Positions 1 through 7,642 of a DNA stretch of 56,286 bases are shown here, one piece after another (the stretch's first letter is position 1; each line of letters starts with the position of its first letter). The position numbers and the translations under genes are program-made. The notes below the pieces were generated by a model, which was not told where the DNA came from, ran no database searches, and worked only from the letters and a program-made list of their open reading frames with translations. Source of the stretch: a virus (lineage: Duplodnaviria; Caudoviricetes); IMG/VR virus record IMGVR_UViG_3300047548_001281, positions 1 through 56,286 of that record; one strand, given 5' to 3'.

Positions 1-27
1 GTTCCTGTTCGTTCAGTGTATGAAGCT

Positions 28-56
28 ATTATATGCCCAAACCGATTTATTGTCAA
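28..56 (-). promoter_or_regulatory. sigma70-type early promoter
   Basis: TTGACA-17nt-TATAAT on the minus strand. Confidence 0.75.
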
Positions 57-64
57 ATTTCGGG

Positions 65-265
65 TTATTCTACGCCATCTTCCCACTTGCCCACGGCAAA
101 ATCAATTTTATCATGGACGATTTCCCTATCTTTATCGTATTGCGTATAAGCCCAAAAAGCTATACCTTCAGAATACCCACGGTCATCCTCTTTTACCGAC
201 ATTTCCACATTGTACTCGCGGAGAAGGGCGAAGAGTTTTTGCTTGAATTCCTGTTCGCGGGTCAT
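65..265 (-). CDS. small hypothetical early protein (ends ...DGVE)
   Basis: ORF; AAGGA SD before the ATG at 265; sigma70 promoter at 290-318 directly upstream. Confidence 0.65.
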   Translation of the reverse strand: MTREQEFKQKLFALLREYNVEMSVKEDDRGYSEGIAFWAYTQYDKDREIVHDKIDFAVGKWEDGVE

Positions 266-289
266 GAATTTTTCCTTCACAATACCCAT

Positions 290-318
290 ATTGTATTACA
301 AATGGGATTTATTGTCAA
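290..318 (-). promoter_or_regulatory. sigma70-type early promoter
   Basis: TTGACA-17nt-TACAAT. Confidence 0.7.
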
Positions 319-325
319 ATTTTGG

Positions 326-523
326 TTATCCCCAGGTTAGCATACAAAGTAGGTAATCTTTCTCATCACCGAAATAAAAGCGGTAATGCCAGCAATTCAA
401 ATCAGGACTATTTTTTTCTACATCATTTGTAATGTAAGATGGGCACCGCTTCTTTGCCCAAACTAATAATTTCTCAGTATCCCTAAAGTTTTTGGATACG
501 GGCCAATAAAAGATATAGATCAT
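326..523 (-). CDS. small protein, 'F.F..EKD..F.LRW' paralog family
   Basis: C-terminus FYFGDEKDYLLCMLTWG; ATGA overlap with the upstream gene. Confidence 0.7.
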   Translation of the reverse strand: MIYIFYWPVSKNFRDTEKLLVWAKKRCPSYITNDVEKNSPDLNCWHYRFYFGDEKDYLLCMLTWG

Positions 524-705
524 ACTTCTGCCCAACGCAACATATACCAAATATAGATTTCGTCATTCATAACCAGTGTCACTAAATCAAAGTCATATTC
601 TTTGTACCAAGTTTGTTTGGTAGGCTTGCCATATCTATCTTCAAGCCATTTTACAACTTCAAATGCTTTTCCAAGAGGCCATCTTTCAATAGCAATACCG
701 TTCAA
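520..705 (-). CDS. small protein, LRW-family
   Basis: C-terminus EIYIWYMLRWAEV; probable TTG start overlapping the upstream stop. Confidence 0.65.
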   Translation of the reverse strand: MNGIAIERWPLGKAFEVVKWLEDRYGKPTKQTWYKEYDFDLVTLVMNDEIYIWYMLRWAEV

Positions 706-959
706 GACCACCTCAATACGAACATGGTAGCATCCCGTTCATTTTCAAAACCAAACTCATCATAGTATGGTGCCACGCCCAAAGCATTTCTGATTACGCC
801 TATCTCTTTAGTTTTTACTATTGTCGCACCTTGTGTAGCCAACCATTTATGATATTCTTGTTCCCAAACTTTGTCATCGTTGGGTAGGTCGTCTATGAAA
901 TGCTTTCTAAAGTAGACCTGTGTGCTGTAATACAACTCGTAGGTAGGTAAAAGGATCAC
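702..959 (-). CDS. small protein, LRW-family
   Basis: C-terminus FGFENERDATMFVLRWS; GTGA start/stop overlap. Confidence 0.7.
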   Translation of the reverse strand: MILLPTYELYYSTQVYFRKHFIDDLPNDDKVWEQEYHKWLATQGATIVKTKEIGVIRNALGVAPYYDEFGFENERDATMFVLRWS

Positions 960-1177
960 GACCACCTCAACAAAAACCAAACTTGATCTTTACTCTTGCG
1001 AAAACGAAATATGGGATTATATGCGTAGGTCCAAACTACATTGTTTTTTGGATTTTTAATATTTTCGTTTATCCATAATACCATCTGATAGTACTTTTCT
1101 ATGCTGCCATTGATTTCTAATTCATCTTGCCAACCATAAAAATCAAAATCATTGACCCAATGTTCACTATGAATCAT
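956..1177 (-). CDS. small protein, LRW-family
   Basis: C-terminus FRFRKSKDQVWFLLRWS. Confidence 0.7.
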   Translation of the reverse strand: MIHSEHWVNDFDFYGWQDELEINGSIEKYYQMVLWINENIKNPKNNVVWTYAYNPIFRFRKSKDQVWFLLRWS

Positions 1178-1240
1178 GACCACCTCAACCCAGCCAATGT
1201 AGCCCAATGTTCCTTACCTTTACGGAATTTGATGGTAACA
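1174..1240 (-). pseudogene. orphaned 3' end of an LRW-family gene
   Basis: Encodes TIKFRKGKEHWATLAGLRWS*, a near-copy of the C-terminus of 1926-2264, with no credible start. Confidence 0.7.
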
Positions 1241-1275
1241 CATAAATAATTTTTTAACAAGAAATATTGGAAAAA

Positions 1276-1343
1276 CATAAATAAAAATGCGGGTCGCGAC
1301 ACGCCAATGTCCATCCGCTCTATAACTGAATAGGAGTTACAGC
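1276..1343 (+). promoter_or_regulatory. late-type promoter (ATAAATA), structured leader and RBS-sequestering hairpin
   Basis: GCGGGT/ATCCGC and GACA/TGTC stems; TAACT/AGTTA hairpin overlapping AGGAG; same layout at 27284-27354. Confidence 0.65.
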
Positions 1344-1952
1344 ATGTATATTTATCCCCAATCAAGATACCCTTTTGGATATTATGTTTACGCTTACATA
1401 AGATCAAAAGATTCAACCACAGCAAAAGCAGGGACACCGTATTATATAGGTAAAGGTAAATCAAAGCGAGCCTATCAAAAACACGATAATGTTCCAGTTC
1501 CACGAAATAAATCACATATTATTATAGTTGAAGAAAATTTAACCGAAATTGGAGCATTTGCGTTAGAACGCCGATTAATAGCATGGCATGGACGAAAAGA
1601 TTTAGGTACTGGTATATTGATGAACCGACAACAGGGTGGCGAGGGGTCCTCAGGAAGAAAAATGTCCGACGAAACAAAATCAAAAAAATCCAATTCTATG
1701 AAAGGATATAAGTTTGGGCCGCCGAGTGAGGAGTCAAACATAAAACGCCGATTAGCCATGAAGGGTAGAGTCCCGTCCAATAAAGGAAAAGCAAGATCAC
1801 CGAATGCCATAGAAAAAGCAAGAAAATCATTAACAGGATACAGGTACGAAAAGGTGGAATGTCCATACTGCTCTTTATTAGGAGCAGCCCATGCCATGAA
1901 GCGTTATCATTTTAATAATTGTAAGTTATCCCCATTTAAGAGCAAAGTATGA
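1344..1952 (+). mobile_element. free-standing GIY-YIG-like homing endonuclease with NUMOD3-like repeats and C-terminal Cys/His motif
   Basis: YYVYAY...[11 protein letters not shown] motif, conserved E and N, basic repeats, CPYC..H..NC tail; opposite strand to its neighbours. Confidence 0.8.
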
Positions 1953-2264
1953 TGCCAAATGTTCTTTGCCGCGCCGAAATTTAATAGTCAATTTATTTGT
2001 ACTGATATCGTCGTCCATTAGGGTCCAATCCCAATTTAGTCCTTGTTTTCCTACCAAGTTTTCAAGTTCAGGCCTATAGTGGTCATTTGGGTCCGCACTT
2101 TCTATTTGAATTGTTCCTCCCCCTCCTGCTTCAACAGAATCAGTCCATCCTACAGGCCATTTTACCTTGATTTTGGTACCGGGCATAAACATCCACCAAA
2201 GTTTGTTCATCAAACTCAGCGACACCTTTAATCTATGATTAGACCAATAATAGGGACTGAACAT
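1926..2264 (-). CDS. LRW-family protein
   Basis: ORF ending [20 protein letters not shown]; 3' end overlaps the endonuclease. Confidence 0.7.
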   Translation of the reverse strand: MFSPYYWSNHRLKVSLSLMNKLWWMFMPGTKIKVKWPVGWTDSVEAGGGGTIQIESADPNDHYRPELENLVGKQGLNWDWTLMDDDISTNKLTIKFRRGKEHLASYFALKWG

Positions 2265-2444
2265 TTATGACCACCTCAACATAGCAAAAATTCTATCTTT
2301 CTCATTGTCAATATACCAAGTATCATATGCCTTTGCAGCAAATTGGGGTCCAATCTTTTCTGTACCCTGATATTCGCAAGTGATATTATTCTTTTCGCAC
2401 CATTCCCAAAACATGTCACGATACCAAACTGGCACCCTAAACAT
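2265..2444 (-). CDS. small protein, LRW-family
   Basis: C-terminus WYIDNEKDRIFAMLRWS. Confidence 0.7.
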   Translation of the reverse strand: MFRVPVWYRDMFWEWCEKNNITCEYQGTEKIGPQFAAKAYDTWYIDNEKDRIFAMLRWS

Positions 2445-2641
2445 TATAACCACCTCAACAAAAACATAGTGTATTCTTTTTCGTTGCGGAAGTAAAATGT
2501 ATTGCCATCTACCCACCAATCGGGTTCATAATGCCCGCCATGATACAAATGGTCTTGGCACCACAATGCCATTTGGTTGCGGTCATGTACCGTAAGTAGG
2601 TCGAATCTTTTTAGGTAAACTCTGCTATGAGTTAGCTCCAT
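2444..2641 (-). CDS. small protein, LRW-family
   Basis: C-terminus FYFRNEKEYTMFLLRWL. Confidence 0.7.
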   Translation of the reverse strand: MELTHSRVYLKRFDLLTVHDRNQMALWCQDHLYHGGHYEPDWWVDGNTFYFRNEKEYTMFLLRWL

Positions 2642-2892
2642 TTTAGTTTTGCCCAAACTAAATCTTTTTCATTTTTGAAATAAAATGTTACCACTTCTCT
2701 CCAATGACTACTGGGTTCAAAATTTAGATATTGTATGTTACTTTCTTTAAGCCATGTTCTAAACTCAACAACGCGGTTATATAGCATATGATTTTTAAAT
2801 CTATAAAATTCATGATCATAAGGTAAGACACATTTGTAGGGCCACTCTGCGTCAAATTTTCTTTTAGATATCCTACGCTGTTTGCTATTCAT
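2632..2892 (-). CDS. small protein, LRW-family
   Basis: C-terminus FYFKNEKDLVWAKLKWS. Confidence 0.7.
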   Translation of the reverse strand: MNSKQRRISKRKFDAEWPYKCVLPYDHEFYRFKNHMLYNRVVEFRTWLKESNIQYLNFEPSSHWREVVTFYFKNEKDLVWAKLKWS

Positions 2893-3203
2893 TTCTGTTT
2901 TGCTTTGTTGATGACCTTATTTGCTTCTTGCGAGTCATTTACAATAGAGTGAATATCAATTAGGGCATTAGTCAAATCAAATAGCAACTCTTGTATAAGT
3001 TTACTAATTTTGGCTAATCTTTGTTCAGGTGTAAGACCTACAAATTGTTCTTGTAATTTCTTTTCGTATTCTATGACTTGCTGTCTTTTATCTTCAGGTA
3101 ATGACTGAATGAATTCTTCTAATAGGCGCTGTTTTTCCTCATACAATCCCTGATCACCTGATCCAAGGTAAATCTTTCGTAGCCTATCAAAATCTAAATT
3201 CAT
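2889..3203 (-). CDS. helical hypothetical protein, DUF3135-like
   Basis: DFDRL...LYEEKQRLLEEFIQSLPE pattern recalled from DUF3135. Confidence 0.5.
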   Translation of the reverse strand: MNLDFDRLRKIYLGSGDQGLYEEKQRLLEEFIQSLPEDKRQQVIEYEKKLQEQFVGLTPEQRLAKISKLIQELLFDLTNALIDIHSIVNDSQEANKVINKAKQK

Positions 3204-3204
3204 C

Positions 3205-3618
3205 CTACACCTTTTCGTACCTACCATGTGCTTTGCTTACATCGGCCATTCTACGATTGTTCAAATCGTCAAAGAATTCTTCTGTAGGTTTTTTGATCCT
3301 ATAAGCAAATCTACTACCAAAGTAAACACAGAATCCCGCACCTTGTTCACTTTCTAATACCACTACATAAGCACTTGTAATAGCCTGTCCACCAATACCA
3401 CCAAAGCCTAATGCCGTAGAACCCCAAGTTTGTGTAAACATGGCAAATACCGTGATATCATAAGGATTATGTTTTCTGCTTTTAGTGATTCGCTTATCTT
3501 CTCGGGTTTTATGATAATGTTCCCAATCACGGTCTTCGTATGTGATTTCAGGGAATCCTTCATATTGGGCGTGGGCAAGGGCATGGTGTAGGGAATTGAT
3601 TGGATCATTTGTAAACAT
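3205..3618 (-). CDS. phage hypothetical protein
   Basis: ORF with FTQTWGSTALGFGGIGGQAIT motif. Confidence 0.7.
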   Translation of the reverse strand: MFTNDPINSLHHALAHAQYEGFPEITYEDRDWEHYHKTREDKRITKSRKHNPYDITVFAMFTQTWGSTALGFGGIGGQAITSAYVVVLESEQGAGFCVYFGSRFAYRIKKPTEEFFDDLNNRRMADVSKAHGRYEKV

Positions 3619-3878
3619 TATTCAACCCCAAAATGTTTTTCAATCTTCTCACTTGTTTCAGACAATGCTCGGTTCCATTCTGGATTCTGGTCACCGCCCT
3701 TATTACAATCTATTACATATATACATTCTTCAACGATCAACTCAGCGAACTTGCCTGCCACAATGGCTTGAAAGTAGGGCTTGTCGCTATCTTCCTTACC
3801 CACATTTTCATAGGCAAATTCTAGGGCGTATTGGTAAAGTGCTAGGGCTTGTCCATTCATTTTCTTTCTCCAATCCAT
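3618..3878 (-). CDS. small protein, 'KFAELI...HFGVE' paralog family
   Basis: KFAELIVEEC...IEKHFGVE; start may be at the second Met. Confidence 0.7.
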   Translation of the reverse strand: MDWRKKMNGQALALYQYALEFAYENVGKEDSDKPYFQAIVAGKFAELIVEECIYVIDCNKGGDQNPEWNRALSETSEKIEKHFGVE

Positions 3879-4032
3879 CTAACAAAACCAACAACGGCAG
3901 CAATACACAAAGCCGGTAACATTAGTGGATAGTCATACCATTTGTCTTTTCTAAATTTATAACCCATAATAGAAAAGAAATAGCAAACACTAACAATCGT
4001 CCAAATAACAAGAAACAAGAAAAAATATCCCA

Positions 4033-4248
4033 TTATTCAACTCCGAAATGATGTTTAATCTTATCTACGAGCCCTGACCTGTTTACATCCAATTCAAATT
4101 CATCAGCCAATGTAATAAACTCTGTAACCATCAACTCGGCGAATTTTTCAATGTCAACCATCCTACCTTCAGCAATCGTTCCATCGTTTGAAGTATATGT
4201 TTCAACCAATGTAGATTGGTGGCGTAATTCTTTAATTCGTTTGTTCAT
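4033..4248 (-). CDS. small protein, HFGVE family
   Basis: MNKRIKEL...IEKFAELMV...IKHHFGVE. Confidence 0.7.
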   Translation of the reverse strand: MNKRIKELRHQSTLVETYTSNDGTIAEGRMVDIEKFAELMVTEFITLADEFELDVNRSGLVDKIKHHFGVE

Positions 4249-4457
4249 TTCTTTAACATCCTAATTAGGTCAGCCATCAATTTTGAATCTATCATTTTAG
4301 CCTCTTTGGCTATTTCAACATCAGTTGATAACTTACATTGGTCTATGAAAGCAATTAATTCTTCATATTTTGAATAATCAAATATAAATGACAGGTATAG
4401 CGCCTGTAGCTTTTTAATCGTTTTTCTTGTGCCAGGTGCTATCTCTATAATTTTCAT
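4245..4457 (-). CDS. hypothetical protein
   Basis: ORF coupled to both neighbours by ATGA overlaps. Confidence 0.6.
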   Translation of the reverse strand: MKIIEIAPGTRKTIKKLQALYLSFIFDYSKYEELIAFIDQCKLSTDVEIAKEAKMIDSKLMADLIRMLKK

Positions 4458-4639
4458 TTAATATTGTGCCTAATTTCATATTCTTTAATAGCATTCTCCA
4501 GTTGGGTCGTGTCCCTTGTTTTTTTCAAGTTGGGAAGGGTTTCCTTAATACGAAGATACCAATCATATCTTTCATCATCTGTCAATGAATCAATTTTTTC
4601 GTTATTTGAAATATCTTTATATTCGGTTATTTTTTTCAT
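4454..4639 (-). CDS. hypothetical protein
   Basis: ORF, translationally coupled. Confidence 0.6.
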   Translation of the reverse strand: MKKITEYKDISNNEKIDSLTDDERYDWYLRIKETLPNLKKTRDTTQLENAIKEYEIRHNIK

Positions 4640-4800
4640 TATTGTTCCTGAGGAATCTCACCATTGAGGTCTTCTTCAATCTCCAGAACCCACTCGACAG
4701 GGATAGCAAGTCGTTTAGCAACAATGTAGGGAGAATTTCCCATTTCCAGTTGTTCTTGTACCGAAGTGTATAGTTCAGACATACGCGACATAATAAACTC

Positions 4801-5094
4801 CTATTTAAGGTAACCTTTGATAACACTCTTTAGTTTAGGACCACGACCTTGATTCCACAGCGGCTGTTGTTTAGTTTGATTGGGATAACATCCTTTTGCC
4901 CATTTGTAATGCTCATCAAACAACTTACCGCATTCCATCATTATCTTATCTTTTTGAGTTTTTGTCAACTTTTGTTCAGCGATAAATTTGACCAGATTTT
5001 CCTTATTGATTTTGTGTTGGTTGGGATCCCTAGAACCAAATTGGTTGAAATGGTCAAAGTAATAGATACGCTGGACTAACTCTTTGAATTCCAT
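4801..5094 (-). CDS. hypothetical protein
   Basis: ORF from MEFKELV; TAG stop overlaps the next SD. Confidence 0.55.
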   Translation of the reverse strand: MEFKELVQRIYYFDHFNQFGSRDPNQHKINKENLVKFIAEQKLTKTQKDKIMMECGKLFDEHYKWAKGCYPNQTKQQPLWNQGRGPKLKSVIKGYLK

Positions 5095-5241
5095 TATTTG
5101 TAGTCTGCCCTTTTTAGGAATTTGATGGGTACATCTACATAAATTCCACCAATTAGTACACGATGGCAAAGGAACCAGCCAGAATGGCTAAGTGTCATTC
5201 CGCCAGGTACATAGCAAACTTTGAATTGATCCATGTCCATT

Positions 5242-5448
5242 TTAAACTCCGCGGTATGGATTTACACCATACCTATCACGGATGATATAGTACATATGGA
5301 CACCGTCTTTATCACGGATACTATCATTAGGCAACATATCAGTCACATCCTTGATGATAAGTGTGGCAAACTTTTCAATTGCCGTAGATGGGGTCAGTAC
5401 ATCATCAATACCAGCCTGTTCAGCAAGTTTTTTGATTCGCTCGTTCAC
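5242..5448 (-). CDS. small protein, HFGVE family (divergent)
   Basis: (V)NERIKKLAEQAG...IEKFATLII...IRDRYGV. Confidence 0.6.
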   Translation of the reverse strand: MNERIKKLAEQAGIDDVLTPSTAIEKFATLIIKDVTDMLPNDSIRDKDGVHMYYIIRDRYGVNPYRGV

Positions 5449-5620
5449 AATCCCATCCTTTGGATGCTTGCTTGGTCTTGAATCCAATCACGGGTAGATT
5501 TTTCTTGATTCAATCTTGATACCAGTCGTTGGATTTCACGATCCTTCATTTCCAACATAACTTTGGCCATTTCTAATCGTTCTTCGACTGAATAAGATTG
5601 GTCGTCTAAAATATTATTCA

Positions 5621-5803
5621 TCATTCTACCTCATACGGATCAAAATCAGCGTAGGCGATGTGTACCATCTTATTCAGCTTATTGACCATTTCTCGGGCTT
5701 TTTCGGCACTATCGTAGACACCTTCAATTCTACGTTGCTCGGCGCCTCGCTCACCAAAGCCACGATACATTTCATCGTAATACACCACATAAACTTCCAT
5801 CAT
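5621..5803 (-). CDS. hypothetical protein
   Basis: ORF VYVV...IEGVYDSAEKA, coupled to neighbours. Confidence 0.65.
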   Translation of the reverse strand: MMEVYVVYYDEMYRGFGERGAEQRRIEGVYDSAEKAREMVNKLNKMVHIAYADFDPYEVE

Positions 5804-6048
5804 TCAACATCCAAAAAGATTTTATCGCCCACGGCAGCAATGCGAACAACCTTACGGCCTTCGATCAGATAACCACGCGAAATAAAAGGTCCACCACTGG
5901 GATCGACAAACCCCAGATTGCCATAGTTGATGGCATCCTCACCCTCATTGCCACCAAATCGCCAGTATTTGAGGTCACCCACGATGGTATAGGTATTGTC
6001 GTCTACCTTTTCAAAGTGATAGTTATCACCGTGTCGATTACGCATCAT
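5800..6048 (-). CDS. hypothetical protein
   Basis: ORF with FVDPSGGPFI motif. Confidence 0.65.
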   Translation of the reverse strand: MMRNRHGDNYHFEKVDDNTYTIVGDLKYWRFGGNEGEDAINYGNLGFVDPSGGPFISRGYLIEGRKVVRIAAVGDKIFLDVE

Positions 6049-6326
6049 TCAACTCCTTCAGATTTGAACCATTCATCAATGGTCATGATTTCAGGGGCAT
6101 AGTACTCGCCCTCTTGAATGAAGTCAGTGTAATCAAATTTTTGCCCACCAAGCTCAAACTCAAAAGTACTGGTCCTCCAGTCATGACTGGCAAATTTAGC
6201 CTTCACAATTTCTTCAAAGTCAACCAAAAACGCTTCGGCAGATTCGTAGACAACAGGTACTGTGTTTTGGGCGTGCCAAGTATAACCGTCACCTGTCGTG
6301 TATTGGATAACCAGTCGCATCATCAA
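6045..6326 (-). CDS. hypothetical protein
   Basis: ORF, coupled to neighbours. Confidence 0.65.
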   Translation of the reverse strand: MMMRLVIQYTTGDGYTWHAQNTVPVVYESAEAFLVDFEEIVKAKFASHDWRTSTFEFELGGQKFDYTDFIQEGEYYAPEIMTIDEWFKSEGVE

Positions 6327-6535
6327 CCCCGCAGTTTGTCAAACACCTGACGATTCAGGATGTCCATGTCCTCATTGGACACATAGAAGTCAGTCTTGGG
6401 ATCCCAGTACTGACCTTCGCGGCTATCGTAGTAGAGAATCTGACCGTTAGCATACACGAAGGGACCTTCAAGGCCCTTACGCGGCCCGTAGCCCTTGAAA
6501 ACATCTTCAGTCTTACCCAGAACACGATATCCCAC
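6323..6535 (-). CDS. hypothetical early protein
   Basis: GLEGPF..NG..LYYD..EGQYWDP.TDFY; AGGAG SD and promoter upstream. Confidence 0.7.
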   Translation of the reverse strand: MGYRVLGKTEDVFKGYGPRKGLEGPFVYANGQILYYDSREGQYWDPKTDFYVSNEDMDILNRQVFDKLRG

Positions 6536-6550
6536 AACAAACTCCTAAAT

Positions 6551-6595
6551 TTCAGCGTATAAGCGTATTATACACTAAATGGGATTTATTGTCAA
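6551..6595 (-). promoter_or_regulatory. sigma70 promoter with conserved leader TATAATACGCTTATACGCTGAA
   Basis: TTGACA-17-TATAAT; leader repeated near 7373, 7598 and 31901. Confidence 0.8.
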
Positions 6596-6647
6596 ATCCT
6601 ACCAAGTCATCCTGACAAATAAAGTAGCCAGAATTTTTTTCATCTTA

Positions 6648-6827
6648 TTATTTGAATTTATCAGGACCGATTTGTTTGACTTCCTGTTTCAGTTCAGCCA
6701 CAAGCCTTTTGATAAGGTCTTCTGGATGCTTTTGCTCTACGCTTACAATCACCTGCATCGCCTTGCGGTACAGGCTATGTTCGTAATGCTTACTACCATC
6801 GAAGGTTAGGGTGAGAGATTTATTCAT
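6648..6827 (-). CDS. hypothetical protein
   Basis: ORF from MNKSLTL. Confidence 0.5.
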   Translation of the reverse strand: MNKSLTLTFDGSKHYEHSLYRKAMQVIVSVEQKHPEDLIKRLVAELKQEVKQIGPDKFK

Positions 6828-6834
6828 TTTCGTA

Positions 6835-7107
6835 TCAGTGAAGGTCGACTTGAACCTGACGGAAGCCTTGTGCGGCAACGCCAAGCCCAGTGGGAAGGGG
6901 CTCACCTTTAGCCTTAGCGGCGATACGATCCATAGCCAGTTTAGCCATAGCCGAATAAACTGCCACGCGAGCATCGGTAGTAGCAAACTGATCCGACATT
7001 TGCTGAACCGTCATAGTCATTCCGAAATCTTCACCGCTATTTGCCGTCAGGATGAAGCGGAACTTTTGGGTGTTGTTGAAGCCAGGGATGATTTGTTTGG
7101 TACGCAT
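6835..7107 (-). CDS. hypothetical protein (GC-rich)
   Basis: ORF from MRTKQIIPG with AAGGA SD. Confidence 0.65.
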   Translation of the reverse strand: MRTKQIIPGFNNTQKFRFILTANSGEDFGMTMTVQQMSDQFATTDARVAVYSAMAKLAMDRIAAKAKGEPLPTGLGVAAQGFRQVQVDLH

Positions 7108-7133
7108 GATTTTTCCTTGAAAATTACAATTGA

Positions 7134-7355
7134 TTATTCGTAGAGATTGGCAAAGACCTTGCGCTCCACGAAGCTGCAGGTCAGGTCGTGCGCGCGGCTG
7201 TCGCAGGCGCGGGTGCCTTCTCCGTCGAAGAGGGCCCGCTCCACGATGGGCCACTGCGCCTCGCAGAAGGCGTTCAGTCGGCTGAAGGTCATGTGTTCCA
7301 GGCTTTTGCCGCAGAAGACCAAAAATTCGTTAAAGATTGCGGTTCGGGCAGTCAT
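7134..7355 (-). CDS. hypothetical protein (GC-rich)
   Basis: ORF with AGGA SD directly after a promoter. Confidence 0.6.
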   Translation of the reverse strand: MTARTAIFNEFLVFCGKSLEHMTFSRLNAFCEAQWPIVERALFDGEGTRACDSRAHDLTCSFVERKVFANLYE

Positions 7356-7372
7356 TTAATGTTCCTGTTTTG

Positions 7373-7416
7373 TCAGCGTATAAGAGTATTATACAACCAA
7401 ACCAATTTATTGTCAA
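7373..7416 (-). promoter_or_regulatory. sigma70 promoter with conserved leader
   Basis: TTGACA-17-TATAAT followed by ACTCTTATACGCTGA. Confidence 0.8.
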
Positions 7417-7583
7417 GCCTGGAGATAGACCTGCATAAACTTCGCAAGCCCCATATGCGTCAGGATGTAGGAGTCAAAGTATTCGGTATCGACCCCTTCC
7501 TTCGCGAGGACATAGCTTTTCAGGCTGCGGTCGTACCACATTTCGTAACCTCGGGCTTTCGCCGCCATCTTGAAAAGCTTCAT
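7413..7583 (-). CDS. 56-aa hypothetical protein not in the ORF track (MKLFKMAAKARGYEMW...)
   Basis: AAGGA SD, open frame to a TGA inside the next TTGACA. Confidence 0.6.
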   Translation of the reverse strand: MKLFKMAAKARGYEMWYDRSLKSYVLAKEGVDTEYFDSYILTHMGLAKFMQVYLQA

Positions 7584-7597
7584 TTCCTTGCCTATAT

Positions 7598-7642
7598 TTC
7601 AGCGTATAAGCGTATTATAACAGGAATGGAATTTATTGTCTA
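7598..7642 (-). promoter_or_regulatory. sigma70 promoter with conserved leader
   Basis: TAGACA-17-TATAAT followed by ACGCTTATACGCTGAA. Confidence 0.75.

Larger units (their letters stand above)
706..2458 (-). repeat. five copies of the junction motif TTGAGGTGGT(C/T)
   Basis: Copies at 706-716, 960-970, 1178-1188, 2269-2279 and 2448-2458, each at a gene 3' end and supplying a GAGGTG SD for the next gene. Confidence 0.8.

Noticed and set aside
1174-1515. 113-aa minus-strand ORF as a real gene
   Set aside because: Mostly antisense to the endonuclease and its leader; only the last 20 or so codons resemble the family, so it is treated as a remnant.
706-2458. Junction repeats as integron attC sites or CRISPR repeats
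   Set aside because: Only about 11 bp long, non-palindromic, lying within coding ends; no integrase seen.
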